NCBI GenBank assembly: GCA_020536535.1
Contig: JAHLWZ010000869.1
Span: 1,595-65,594, forward strand
From: Pelomyxa schiedti
Lineage: Eukaryota; Protista; Evosea
DNA length: 64,000 nucleotides
Reading direction: 5' to 3'
Shown here one piece after another: positions 36,002 through 49,600 of this stretch (the stretch's first letter is position 1; every line of letters begins with the position of its first letter). The position numbers and the translations under genes are program-made. Below the pieces are notes generated by a model, which made no database searches, was not told the origin of the DNA, and saw only the letters and a list, made by a program, of their open reading frames with translations.

Positions 36002-37297
36002 ATGATAACGAGGAAGAACGCACGAGAGCTTGTGCTCGTGGACGGGGAGTACTCTGGGGACTTCAAGGGGGAGCTGAGGGACGGATGGGGGCTGTTTAGG
36101 AACGCCAGGGGCGACGTGTACGAGGGCGAGTGGAAGAACGACTCGATGCACGGCTGGGGCTCCATGAAGTACGCCGCCGGCGCCCAGTACGAGGGCGAGT
36201 GGGCCTGCGGCTGCCGCGAGGGCCGCGGCACCCTCACCTGCCCCGGCGGCGACAAGTTCGCGGGCGAGTGGGCCTGCGACGAGCTCCTCCGCGGCGTGTG
36301 GCGCTCCCCCGGCACCAACAACAGCAACAGCAACAGCAGCAGCAGCTCCGCCCCCTCGGCGGCGGCCCAGGACCCCGCCTCCTCGGCCTCCTCCTCCTCA
36401 GCAACCAGCAAGGACGGCGACGTGTACGAGGGCGAGTTCAGCAACGGCAAGCGCGAGGGCAAGGGCGTGTACGGCTTTGGCGACGGCCGCGTGTACGACG
36501 GGCAGTGGAAGGCGGGGCTGCGGCACGGCCGCGGGCGCATGGTGTACCCCGACGGCTCGGTGTACAGCGGGCAGTGGAAGGCCGACATGCGCGACGGCCG
36601 CGGGCTGTTCCGGCACCCCTCGGGCGACGTCTACAGCGGCGAGTACCGCGCCGACAAGCGCGACGGCCGCGGCTCCGTCGTCTTCGCCAACTCGGGCCTG
36701 TCGTTCCAGGGCACCTTCAGGAACGGCGTGCGCTGCGGCGTCGGCGTCTTCGCGTGCGCCGACGGCCGCACCCTCCGCTGCGAGTGGCGCGACGACGCCC
36801 CGGACCCCGAGCGCCCCTGCGCCGTGCTCACCAGCGTCGACAACCAGGTCATCACAAAGTGCGAGTGGAAGGTCGGGGCCACGGGCCCCAGCGGCGAGAA
36901 GATCGCGGTCCTGGAGGGCAGGGGCACCCAGATGGACCTGGCCACCGGCGAAGTGTCTTGCGTGATCTGTGCTGATGGTGGGCTTGTGAGCGAGAGCCCT
37001 CTTACTGAGAGCCCTGTGGTTGCTGCGGATTCGAAGCCACCGCATTCGGCCACGGGAACACCCGCAACCACAACAACGACGACGACTACAGCAGCAACCA
37101 CATCCACATCCACAACAACGACATCTTCATTACCAAATTCGGGAGGATCCGCAACATCACTGCACGAGGCAACCAATTCCAAAGACTGGGTGACAGTTTT
37201 TGAGCCTCTCAGCAACCAACTTTACAAAGTGTTTCACACTCAGCTTCACCCATGCCAACCCGTGCAAGCACCTTCGAAGCGCAATAGCTCAACTTGA
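36002..37297 (+). CDS. MORN-repeat protein (apparently intronless)
   Basis: About nine repeats of the YEGEWKNDSMHGWGSMKYAAGAQ type, split by a Ser/Asn/Ala-rich insert. Confidence 0.9.
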   Translation: MITRKNARELVLVDGEYSGDFKGELRDGWGLFRNARGDVYEGEWKNDSMHGWGSMKYAAGAQYEGEWACGCREGRGTLTCPGGDKFAGEWACDELLRGVWRSPGTNNSNSNSSSSSAPSAAAQDPASSASSSSATSKDGDVYEGEFSNGKREGKGVYGFGDGRVYDGQWKAGLRHGRGRMVYPDGSVYSGQWKADMRDGRGLFRHPSGDVYSGEYRADKRDGRGSVVFANSGLSFQGTFRNGVRCGVGVFACADGRTLRCEWRDDAPDPERPCAVLTSVDNQVITKCEWKVGATGPSGEKIAVLEGRGTQMDLATGEVSCVICADGGLVSESPLTESPVVAADSKPPHSATGTPATTTTTTTTAATTSTSTTTTSSLPNSGGSATSLHEATNSKDWVTVFEPLSNQLYKVFHTQLHPCQPVQAPSKRNSST

Positions 37298-37391
37298 TGA
37301 TAAATAAGCAAATGCCAACAATAAGAACAGTTTGTAAAATAAGTCAAGACAAAGAACGAGGCTTTATTTTGTACATCCAGTTGTTTTTGGT

Positions 37392-39412
37392 CTAAGTCTT
37401 GCTTTCTGGTCGTCTGCATACGAGCTTGTGTGCTGGCCAATCTTTTTTCTGGCATTCCTTTTATTAGTGTTAGGAAGCCATTCTTAATGTGTGATTGAAA
37501 GTTTACCTTGGAGCAATACCGCACTTTGCCGCATACGCTGCACTGCTTTGTTGTAGGTTTGTTGCACACGGTACAGTGCGGTAAAGGCCGCTCAACGTGT
37601 GCCTCCGCCTGTGCAATCGCCAGGCTCTCGGCCTGTTCCTCAGTGAGTTCTTCTTTGCTCCCAATCGCGGCCTGTACAACACTTGTCATATACTCGTGGT
37701 GGAGCTTGTTCCTCTTCATTCCTTTCAGCTTCCTTTTTTGGCTCACACCTCTGGATTGAGACCGGGAGCGCTTCTCCTCAAATTGGTTCCATATTCTCAT
37801 GAGCTCTGCATTATTCTTCGCCGGTTTCAAAGCAAGGTCAAGAACCCCGTGCAAGGTCAGTGGATTGCCCTTTGCCAGGAACTTGGCCATGCGAGATGGC
37901 TTCTCTGCCCAGTATCTGGTCAGGAATTCCACAACTCCTGGCACGGTCTCCAGGGTCTCCAAGGTTCTGAGGAACTTGTATGAAGTGATGTTGTCTCTGA
38001 CGAGTTCACGGATGGAGAACAGTGCAAGGGATTGGGCAAAGTTGGGATCCAGGAGAGCAGATTCTTCGGCGGAAAGTTTGGCCAAATGCTGAGGCTGAAG
38101 GCACGTGAAACAATTCGCAAGAATTACTGCTGCATCAAGTTTGACCATCAAATTCATCTCCGGGTTGAGATAGAGCAGCCTTGCATGTTGCACCATCTTC
38201 AATCGCGTATCTGATTCGAAAAGGGGACATAAATTGGCAATGTTTGAGATCATGCAAAGTATGTCCTGTATGACAGAGACGGGCAAAGGTTCTCGATTGA
38301 AGAGCCGTAGCACTATTGACACTGTTTTGTCAATTTTAGTAACCACCTCGGGATCTTTTGCGGCAAGAGGTTCGAATTCAAGCAAGCTGCTCAAAAGAAT
38401 ACCAAACCTCCCGAGCAGTGTAGCACAGAGAATCTTTTTGTCCCCAACTGCTGCTAGGAAACAAGGATAAACGAGACGGGATACCGGACAAGATCTCACC
38501 ACTTTTTCCGGTTCCATGAGCATCAACTCAAGGATCATGTTAGCCTATCAAGAAAGTGAAAAGCAAGGAAGGGCAGCAAATAAGTCTACTATAGGCGGCT
38601 GCGAATCGGCCTTTCCAAGAATACTGATCATCACGTCAACAAGGTCTTGTTTGAAGAGTTCAGGCATGATTGTTTTTGTTGGAACGGGTGGTGTGAAGAA
38701 GATGAATGTGTCCTTATTCTTCAGGAAATGTAATATCTGAGAAGCTTCCTAGTTGAGGGAATGAGGGAAAAACGAGGCTACAATTCGAAATGCACTTGAA
38801 CGAACGCACCATTGGGCCGGCGTCACGTAGAAAACGCAGCAAAACAGAACACTTTTCGCTCAACGTTGCATCTCTTTTGGTTTGCAGGGCGGACGTCAAA
38901 CTGTTTGTCAGCTCAGGGAAGCATGCTATGTGGGTAGGAAGCTCCACCAATTCAAGGCTTGCAGAGGACCCCCCGCACAGCCAACATGTGCAGTTCCTCC
39001 CGTCACTGCTCTGACAGTCGTTGCTTTTGCTTTTGGTACCGCCGGTAGTTTTCTCCCCGTACCCGGACGAAGGTGTGGCGCCGGGGGGCGGCGTGTAGTT
39101 GTCGATGGGGGTGTACTTGCGCGGTAGGTCACGCAAGAACGCCGGGATTGTGGGAGCATGTTCTGTTGTTGTTGTTGTTGCTGTGGCTGTGGCTGTTGCA
39201 GCAGTGCTCACACTCGCTGTTGGGCCAACAACAGGCGGCGCATTTGCTGCCGTCTTGGCATCGGCTTTGACGGTGCTCGTTGTGGCACCTTTGATCGGTT
39301 CTGGTGCCGGCACCTTTCGCTCCGATCTCGTACTCGTCGTCGATTCGGCGGGGCGGGCATTCGATGGCGTAGTGGAAGTAGTTGTTGCTGGTAACAGGAA
39401 ACCCTTTTTCAT
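37392..39412 (-). CDS. MYND zinc-finger protein with helical body
   Basis: C-terminal CTVCNKPTTKQCSVCGKVRYCSK/ECQKKDWPAHKLVC after splicing; start MKKGFL. Confidence 0.8.
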
Positions 39413-39473
39413 GATGCCGTGTGTGGTTGAATCAATTCCACTTCCCGAACGTTCAGAAGTGTGAAATAAACAA

Positions 39474-42302
39474 ATGACAACAACGGCCCAAGAGGCAACG
39501 ACGCCGGGTTCCGTTGCGGGAACCACGGCTGCCACCACCGCTCCTCCATCGGAAGTAACGCCTACCAATGTTACAGCTCCACCAGATTCATCCAGCACCT
39601 TACCTTCAACCAGTGCTGCCACGATCACGACCACCAGCACCACGTCGTCGGAACAGCAGCAGCAGCAGCCACCCGCATCCGCAACAACAACAGCAACAAC
39701 AGCAGCAGCAGCAACGACGACACAGTCATCAAGCAGTGGGCGTGTTGAACTTGTAGCCAAGATTGCGCCGTACCCGCGAGGGGCGTCGGGGATGGTCCCA
39801 GGGGGTGAAAGTAGCGGCTCGTGCGTGGCTTGGGACGAAGCGACCAGGAATCGGCTGGTTCTGCTGACTTCACTCAGCGTGGTTGAGCCGGCCTCGCCGT
39901 CGTCGACTACTACTACAACAGCAGCAACAACAACAACAGGTCGTAGTGGTGGTGATTCGGCGGGCGGGAATGTTTAAGAATATTCTAAAAATAGAGTATT
40001 AGAGTGTATCGCGTGCGTGTACATATCCGTGTATTGAAAGAGAACTTATTACCTGTGGGTGGCGTACTAGGTGTTGCCAAGAGGAACCCTGTGGAAGTTG
40101 TTCTTGTAATTGACATAAGTGGGAGCATGTCAGACAATTTGCGACTGGTGATGACTACAATTCAGTTCATTATATCAAAGGTTCATCCCTCCACCTTGCT
40201 GGTCTTTAATCCCCCTTGAAGCTAACAGATGGTGATAGACTTGCACTCGTTTCTTTCAACTTTCAGGCTAGAATTGAATTTTCCCTGCTTTCTATGTCAG
40301 AAGAAAACAAATCATTTGTCACTTCAATTCTTCCACATATCACTGCTTGTAACACCCAACAAGTGGGGATTTATGTTCTCACATTAAACAGCAGGAGGCA
40401 CGAACTTGAGTGGAGGATTATTGATGGGACTCCAGTTGCTCGCCGAAGCCCCGCCTTCTAAGACGGTAACTCTACGGCTTCCTCTTATTTGCCTCAATAC
40501 AATTCTACAGATCAAGTCGTGCTTGCTTCTAACAGATGGTCACGCCAATGCAGGAATTACTGACGCAGTCCAAATTATCGAGGCAGCGAACAAACTTGCG
40601 GCAAAAGCAGATTGGTACTCTTTTTTGTATTTCAATACCACTCATAAGAATAGCACAATCTTTTGTTTTGGTTATGGTGAATCTCATGACTCGAAGCTTA
40701 TGACAAACATATCATCTGGACGTGGTGGGATGTACTATCCAATGCAGGTGCCTATTTCTACATTAGTTCCCCAGTAATAATTTAGGCAGTAAATGAAATC
40801 CCAATTGCGTTTGGGGATGTTCTCGGCGGGCTCGTGAGTGTTTGCGGACAAAACATCCGCCTCTCAGCAACACCTCATAATAGTGCGGTAACCATAGTTA
40901 AAATCCTGCACAGTGGAACAGAAGTCCCACATAGCGATGTAAGAGATATGAAGTAGTAATGCATTTTTATGTGGCCCCAGGGTTCACTATGCAAATCATT
41001 ACTCCTGGGGGATATATGTGAAGGAGAAAATAGGAACACTGTTTTCATAATTGATACTCCCACCGATAACCGTGACATGTATGTTCTCACTTAAAAAAAA
41101 ACCAACATGAACCGTTTCAAATGGAAGGAATTCACCAATAGTCCGAGTCGATATGTCATATTTTCATGTAGCGACAGCAGAAATCATTTCAGCATCCTCT
41201 GTTGTTACCTACTCTGATATTATAGCAAATGAAACCGAGGCCGTCCAGATTTACCGTCATTTGAACCGATTCACAGCTTCCAAAGCTTTATCTGCAGCTG
41301 CTGAATTAACTGCTAACAGACTATTTACCGAATCTGTCACACTACTCCAAAATACAGCCACACTGATGCAGTTTGTTTAATTCTAGTGCAAAAACTTTCT
41401 AATCAAAATAACAGAGCAATTAGCACAGACGCTGTAAGCAATGAATTGAGAAAAGACCTTTCACAAATGGCAGAACAAGTCCCGACAAACCGAGTTTCAG
41501 TTTCCCAGATGCGCAGTACAGCCTTCTCACATGACCGAGGTAACAGTATTCCCGGCTCCGATTTTCTCACTGGTCATAGAAAGGGATTCTACAAGAGAAA
41601 ATCGCACTTATGGATACCAAAACGCATCACGAGGCCGTGCGAGGTATGACTCAGCAGATTGGTGTGCAAGAGAAATGGCTCGAGATAGAGATAGGGACAG
41701 AGACACGGCAACTTACACAGGTAATATTTCCGTTTGGCTTCACTCTCATCGTTGCAGCGCGAGGAGGACGGGGTGCCTGTATGACAAGACGTGGAGGGCG
41801 TTTCGACTCCGCTGACTTTCGTACCACTGAGGTAAGAGAAAGAGATATAACAGAAAGAAAAGAAAGGGAAGCCCCTGGAAGAGACAGAGATATAGATAGA
41901 TCAGACAGAGACCGTGATCGTGAGCGTGACCGCGAGCGTGATAGAGCAGACAGAGATCGTGACCGTGACCGTTGCCGTGACCGATCAGACCGTGACCGTG
42001 ACAGAGCAGACAGGGACCGTGACAGATCAGACAGAGACCGTGACCGTGACCGTGACCGTGACCGTGACCGTGACAGATCAGAACGCGACTGTTGCCTTGA
42101 CTGTAACGACTCTAGAAGAAGCTCTACACTTCTGGGCACAGAGCCGAATCAAGCCAGTGGCAATTCCACAATGCCAGGCACAAGTAACGAGGCAACCACT
42201 GCATCGACTACCCAGTGCGCTCCCCCGACACAAGGTGGCTCCCTGCAGACCACGCAGTCCCAGTCCCAGACATCTCCACCCAGCAGCACCAACAACCCGT
42301 GA
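39474..42302 (+). CDS. von Willebrand factor A domain protein with Arg/Asp-dipeptide C-terminal tail
   Basis: MIDAS VIDISGSM, DRLALVSF, LLLTDGHAN, FCFGYGESHDSKLM, AFGDVLGGL, LLLGDI; final exons encode RDRD repeats. Confidence 0.8.
41900..42080 (+). repeat. Coding hexamer repeat (GACCGT/GACAGA) encoding Arg-Asp dipeptides
   Basis: Tandem GACCGT units visible directly in the sequence. Confidence 0.9.
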
Positions 42303-42681
42303 GACCCTCGGCACACTACCCCCCGAACGCGAATCTCCTATCTGTTAGTTGATTTTCAACAAACCCGTCACAGCCTATTTTAGGCAAAAATCGTTTTTGT
42401 TTCTTATTTCTGGGTGCGGTTTTTTCCAACTAGAACGGCGGTCCAGGCGATTCCTCCGGCCGACATCAACAATCGACGGCGCAAAAAATCCGTGATGCAG
42501 CGCATCCTCCCCCATTTTACTCAAAAAAAAACAAGCCGAACACTCCACAGGACACTTCTGGGATCTCGCTGGTATTACTCCCGATACACACCAACTACTA
42601 CACTCGCTTACTTTCCTTAACAGCGTTTGAGTGCACGCGAGGGCAGTAAATTCAACAAGGAGGGCTCTGTTCTTCTGAGTG

Positions 42682-45111
42682 ATGAGGAATATTTTACGCC
42701 TTATTTATTTCGGCTACGGATCAACCGCAGCCGTTGTTTCCGTTGCGTTTGTGCTCGTGGCGATTGCACCGTTGGGTGCCAATACCGAGATCTCGGAGCC
42801 ATTTACTCCCGGTGGGTGCGTGAATGAATACCAGAGGGATTTCGTTTTCGACGTTCCCAGCTCCTTCTACGTGCTGTACACTGAAATTGAGCTGCAAGCT
42901 CCCGACTATGAGGCCGAAGCAGAACAACCAGCGCTCGTTTTGGCATTGCAGAGAAGAACACCTCTTGATTCCGAGGTGACAGAGAAACGTACTGAGAAGG
43001 TTTTTTTTCTTCTTATCCTTGTTCGTTTCGTCCTAATACAAGGTAGTTAATGGATAATGATGACGTTCGAAGCTTGAGTTCAAGTACTTCTAGTAGATCA
43101 GGTAGCTCAAGCAGTGAACCAATGCCGCCGGCTGATACGCACGGCGAGTGGGTTATTGCCGACGACTCTCTGGAATGCGTTGTCGCTGCAAAGAGGTTTA
43201 AATGTGTCAAGAATTACGACGCAGATCAATGGAACCACACGGATCACGATGTGTACCGCTTCTCAGTATCTTCTCACGGAAACTCTACTTCACCAGTGTG
43301 CTTGGTTTTCACCACTGTTCCTCTGGGCAAGATTGGCCAGTATCAGGCTTACTTTGCCGGAGCTGTGTTCATAGTTGTATTTACAATTCTGGCTTTTGAA
43401 CTGGTATCTCGTGCTATAGTTACAATGCTTGGAGATGTAGTTCTGTTCGGACTTCTATGGGCCTTTCAATCCCAGCCAACATTGGAATCAGTAATGTCAT
43501 GGTTGGACTGGCGAACCATGGTGCTCCTTACATCAATGATGATTGCTGTTGCTGTATTTGCTGAAACGGGATTCTTTGAGTTTGCAGCATGGCAAGTACT
43601 GAAGTTCAGCAAGAAGTACTGGTCAAATGTGCCCGTAGTCAATCGCAAATGGAGAATTTTACTCATTTTGGGAGCCATGACCGCCGCTGCTAGCGCTTTT
43701 CTTGACAATTGCACAACCGTTTTGCTGTTCGCACCAGTGACAGTTCGGATGGCCCGGTTGCTGGAAAGTGACCCCCTTCCTCTGTTAGTTTCTATGATTT
43801 ACTTCTGCACAATGGGTGGAGCGATGACCTACGTAGGAGACCCTCCAAATCTTATTATTGGGGGTCAGTTTGAACTTGGCTTCAACGACTTCATCATCAA
43901 CTGCTCACCTCCAATCCTTTTTATACTACCATTTGCCATTGTCTATATATATCTGGTTTTCAGAAAGAGAATGCGTCTAGTTGTCAAGCCAGGGGAAGTT
44001 GTGGATGAAAAAACTGAGACTAAAGCCTCTGGTCATGTAAGATTGACATCAAAGCATGAAGACGAGGAAGAACCGTAGGCCCCCTTTCCCCGTCATTAAT
44101 CTGACTCACGTTACTTAAGGGATTCTGGCCCACTCCCAGGCGATACGGCAGGGGACCCAGGGAGCACGTAAGTAGAAACATCCCTCACCTAAGTACCTAA
44201 TCTACGTGCAGTGAAATTGCAATGTCCGTGGCAGAAGATTCCAAACTCCCTACAGCAGAGGTGATTCCCAGTTCAGCACCTGAGACCCCTGGGGCCACCA
44301 TTGAAGTAGATCCCGAAGAAGAGAAAAGACGCAAAGAAGCGGAAATGGATGCAGGTATCTTTCCTCACACCATGCCTTTCCTCATTATTTTGGCAGAGTA
44401 CCGAATACGTGATAAGAAGACCTTCTTGAAATCTGTTATTATTTTGGGAATCATGCTAGTTTTCTTCTTGTTGGAGAGTGTAACTCTGGTCTCTACAACA
44501 TGGGTTGCTGTTATTGGTTCAGGAATCTTACTGCTGATCACTACCCCACGCCAAATAGCACCTATTTTGGAGAAAGTGGAGTGGCCAACTTTGTTCTTCT
44601 TTGCATACCTCTTTGTCTTTGTTAAGTTGGTGGAAAAGCTTGGGGTTATTCTTCTCATAAGTGAATTAACCATTACCCTTATCGAAGGTATGGCCACTTC
44701 TAATTTCTCTCTTCACTTACATTTATTCCAGCTTTTCCAGTTGACGCTAGACTTCCCATGGCCATGATGATTATTCTTTGGATGAGCGCACTTTTGGCAT
44801 GCTGGTGCAACAACATTGCTTTCACAGCATCCATTATTCCGCTCATCTACTATATTGCCAACAAGCCAGGGCTTGGTGTGCCCTTGAGACCACTGGCATG
44901 GACACTGGCACTTGGTGTGGCCATGAGTGCAAACGCAACCCTTATTGCCGCAGCACCTAACTTGATTGTTGCTCAAATTGCTGGGCGGGCTGGCTACACA
45001 ATCTCCTTTCTGCGTTTCTTAGCCTGGGGATTCCCCTTCATGCTCTACACCACAGCCCTTATTAGTGGGTACCTTTTGTGTGTGTACTGGTGGTGGGGGT
45101 TCTCCGGCTAG
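42682..45111 (+). CDS. OCA2/P-protein-like ArsB/NhaD-family permease
   Basis: ETGFFEFAA, ASAFLDNCTTVLLFAPVT, GGAMTYVGDPPNLIIG, VEWPTLFFFAYLFVFV, LSANATLIAAAPNLIV-like motif, ISFLRFLAWGFP. 5' end uncertain. Confidence 0.9.
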
Positions 45112-45519
45112 TTGTATTCATGTACATCTCAATATAAAAAAAAAGTCATTATGTACAATTTTCTTGTTTTAGTTGTTAACCATAGAACCTATTGTGATTG
45201 GACGGCAATTCACTCCTGCTTGAGGTTAGTAAAAAAAGCAAGGGAAATTCCTAAAACCTGTTTGAGGTACAATGACAGGAAACTAAAGGTTCCTTTGCTT
45301 TGATGAAGGGAACAAACTTGTGAGGCGTTCGAGTTCAGTCATGTCTAATTTTCTGTCGTTGTGGCTTGGTGGTACTGGCAGGGAACGAGTGTTAACAAGA
45401 GCAACCTATGTTTGAGGAGAGGAAGGGAGGCTGGTTAGAAGTAGTAACTTGGACATGTATATTTTGTTATAAGTTATGATTTATTTATAGGTGAAGTGTG
45501 CTAAGGTTATTTTGCGGCT

Positions 45520-46588
45520 GCGGTGGTTGATTATGTTAAGGTAGTTGTGGCGTCCTCTGCTATTTTTCGGCCTGTTTCGGCATTTAACATTGCCAGGTTA
45601 TGATGCGTTTAGGAAAACAAGCATGAAAGATAGCCGAGGTTGCAGTAACTGGAGTATAGTGTTGAGAGAAAAGTCAAGTAGCGATTATTGCCTGTCTATT
45701 TACAAATGATGTCCTAACTAGCACATGTAATCCTTCTTCAGCAGTCACAACCAGAAATGGTACGTGATTAGGAAGCTTGAGATGCAAAAATGCACTAGCA
45801 TGTGAAAGAGAAAAGTGGGCAGCGTGAGTTTTGCCTCCTGGTGGGTTCCTGTGTGATAGTTCAACAAGATAACAGCAGTGACAAGGTACTACACATTTGA
45901 TTCACTCTGCCTCTTTTTTTCTTTTCAACTCGATTTTACATTAATTACATCTCCACATGTACTTTATTTGTTTTCGGTTTTGGGTAATGAAACTAAAATA
46001 CCATAGCAAACACAAGCTGTTAGTCTTCATAAGCCTCGCGACAGTCGGCGAGAATTTCAGCTCAGCGAGGGTGCAGGCCAGACCAAATCCACATACGAGC
46101 ACGCCATCAGGCAGAGGATCGGGGAACAAGTCCAGGAAGTCCATGAGTTCCTCGACTATCCACAGAACAACGACCCTCACGCCCCGCAGCGCCTCCTCGG
46201 TCCCGCCCACAACGTCCTCGTCCCGCCCAAAGTCCACGCCGTGGCCCCCGCCCAGGCACAGCCTCCTGAGCATGGTCGGCCGCGAGCCCCGGCCTGCGCC
46301 GGGCGCCGGGCCCCACCCGCTGCCGTTCTTCTTCGCCGCGGCGGTCGTGGAGGTGCAGGTGGTGGCCGTGGTGGTCGGCACGCCGTGGCCAGGGGCCTGG
46401 GCGGGCACGTGGGACGAGCTCGTGGGCGGGTGGGCGTGGGCGCCGTTTGTGGGGGCGGTGGTGCGGCCGTTCGGGATTGTGGGAGGAGGAAGGCCGGAGG
46501 TGCGCTGAGGATTTGCAGTGCCCATCGTTTGGTCCCCAGTGAGGTCGATGAAGTCGAACGCCGACGCCGCGGGCTCGTCGTGCGCCAT
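45520..46588 (-). CDS. Hypothetical protein
   Basis: GC-rich ORF 45941-46588 plus an open downstream exon near 45700-45890; 3' end approximate. Confidence 0.45.
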
Positions 46589-46674
46589 TGCCGAATTGTA
46601 CCTTTTTTTTTATTATTATTCTATACTAGATAACAGATTAGATCAGAAATTTTTTTCCGTCTCGCATTTCCACG

Positions 46675-49600
46675 ATGTCGGGTGTGCCCTCTGTTGGGCC
46701 AACCGGCAGCAACGTGATCGTGTGGGGGAGTAACGACAAAGGACAACTTGGTGTGTCTAGCGAGGACGCCGCCGACCGGTCTCGGCTTTCGTCGCGTGAC
46801 AGCAATGCCCGGCGCAAAACCGCCACCAAACCCAAGAAACAAACCGGCCCCACAACACCCGCAACAACAGCCACAGCGACCACCGCAGCTGCCGCGCCCG
46901 GATCTACGTCAACCAGGCTCTCCTCTTTGCCTTCGTCTTCGGCGTCGTCGTCTTCTGTGCTGCCTGTTTCCTCGTCGCCGCCGTCATCTTCGCCACTTGC
47001 TGAATCGTCCAAGTTGGCGAGGAGTGCCGTTGGGGTCCAATCCACGTTTCTAAAGACACCCACACCGCTTTCCATTGTAGAGGCCGACAGAAAGGCCCGC
47101 CGGGAGCGCGACACAAGTGGCGGAGTAATCAGTATAGACGAGGAAGTTGTGGAAGATGCCGATGAGCAGAGCCACGCACTTTTCGCTGAGCTGCTTGGTG
47201 TTGAAGACGATGGGGGTCCTACAACTGCAGAGCCGGCTTCGAGTGAGGCGGAGGATGAAATGAAGTGGGGCAGCTTCTTACCAATCAATTTACGAACCCC
47301 GGCTGTTGTGGCAGCTTGTGGCGCGGAGTATTCCATCTTGCTGTATGGTATTACTACCAAGTTAGGAACTGCTTATGACTCGTTACAGGTGATGGCTCCG
47401 TTCTTTCATTCGGTGACAACAGCGAAGGACAACTTGGAGTTCAACCGCAACCTGTATCCTTTGGGTTGCAATCGGGAGGAAGTTCTATTTTGGCTCGAGG
47501 CACCACCCCTACACCATCCAGTGGCCTGCGTTCCTCCACCGTCTCTGCCCTTACAGCTTCTTCGGGAGTACCTATGACAGCTTTAAGTGCAAGCCGCTCT
47601 ACAGCTAGTGGAGCGGCGGCAATTGGCGCCAGTCTTAATGTAAGCAGTAGTGGTGCCCAAAGTGGACAGCGGTCACTGTTACTCCCCCAATATTCTTCAA
47701 AGACTGTAGTACCCACTGCTATTGGCTCACATTTGGGTCTATCTCATATTATTCAAATTTCTTGTGGAGAGAGTCACACTTTCGCACTTTCAGGTGGTCT
47801 CAGTCGCCCCTCATTTTTTGTCTCACATTTAACAGCAACGGGAAATTTGTATGGGTGGGGCTGGAATCGTCGAGGGCAACTAGGATTAAATAACAGAACC
47901 CGACAGAGGACCCCACAAAGAGTACTCCTTGATCCCATTTCTGCAGTGTCCTGTGGATCAGCACACACTCTTGCTTTGGCTGGTTTGTTATATTCCACTT
48001 TATTTCTCAGCTGAATGCACTCTTTCCCTTCACAGTGGATGGACAACTTTTCTCTTGGGGGTTTAATCGCCATGGACAGGCATTTATCCCTTACTTCCGT
48101 TTTTTATGTTAAATTAAATAAATCCAGCTTGGACTGGGGCACAATAAAACTCAGCTGGCTCCTCAAGTTGTTACATTCACCTCGGAGTCAGCACCTTTAG
48201 TTTCTGTAGGCTGTGGCGGAAATTTTTCTATCTGTCTGAGAAGTATGCTTGAGATTAACTTCTGGCTGTAATATTAATTTTATTGATAGGTGATGGCACA
48301 CTGTTCTCTTGGGGACTCAATGACGATGGACAACTTGGTCTGGGCCATAAGTTGACACAAATATTGTAGCATTTCCCAATTCTTACTTCATGTGCAGTGA
48401 GATGAGAAACTCTCCACAACTGGTCCCCCTTCCTGATGCAATATCATTTGCCTGTGGCTTGCGGCACACTGCTGCAATAACAAGTGAAAACCTCTGTCTT
48501 GTGAACTTAAATAATTCTCCTCTGTAGGTGACGGAATGCTATATACCTGGGGTTACAACTTCTTTGGCCAGCTTGGCACTGGGGGTTCACCTGATTCCGT
48601 AGCAACTTCGCCAACACTTATTCTCCTTCCAAATCAACAACCAACAGTAAATAAAGTGTCTTTATCTACTGCAGCATCTCTTCCAAGAGCTACTTCGCCT
48701 TCTCCCCTCCTATCATCAGGCCTTGGGAAAACTGTTTCCAGTCTCAACACCCCGTCACAAAGGCGTGTCTTACCAAAACCTTCTTCTGGGTGGGTTGCAG
48801 TCTTCTGTGGATATCATCATACTCTTGGCCTTACAGGTTTCTTCTCTCAGTGTTAATCAAAACTCACCAAAATAAAGCAAATCAAACACTCTATGGATGG
48901 GGTTGCAATCTCAAAGGTCAACTTGGTCTTCACCCTAAAGCAAGAGTTACAACACCAGTTCAAATTAAGAAACCTCCTTCTCTTGACACAATAATGAGCA
49001 TCTCATGTGGGAGTAACCACACGATATTAATTTTAGGTTCCAACTTGCTATTTCTTTTCCCTTGGTAACATGTGCCAGATTCTGCTGCGCATGTGATAAA
49101 AAGTTCTGAGCAACATTGTGACCTTTCCAGATGCCAACTGTCATCTTTACCAAGAGGTAATGCATCACTTTCAATAAAACTCTTATTTGACTTAATCTTA
49201 TGATAAGGATTCCCCAGTCTCACTGCCCTTGCTCATTTGAATTTATCCTATAACAATTTTATCACATTTCCTGAAGAATTGAGGCAACTGTATGGAACAC
49301 TACAAACCCTGAATCTTTCATGTAACAGGCAATTTCTACAACAAAACAAAAGGGGAGCACTGACCTTCATGGAATTTAACAATATCTATTAGATAACTAC
49401 CTGGAAAACCTCCCCACTGAAATTGGCAGATTTGAAGTATTGCAAGTTTTAGATGTGGGTGGATGTGTCAACTACTCAATACTTAACATAGCCTTAGGTT
49501 CAACACAATAGACTCGCGGGCATCCCTTTTGAAATTGGTGATTGTCAAAACCTTCACACCTTGGATGTGTCGGGTAATCAGGTACTTCACGTTGTGGACA

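Noticed and set aside
36130-37215. Long alternative-frame and antisense ORFs over MORN (also over 26693-27547 and 35277-35802)
   Set aside because: Shadow ORFs expected from very high GC and repetitive codons.
41900-42080. Repeat array as CRISPR-like or non-coding satellite
   Set aside because: No spacers; it is an in-frame RD-coding hexamer repeat.
45941-46588. TDP1-like start (DLTGD, DVVG...)
   Set aside because: No HKN catalytic motifs in downstream exons.
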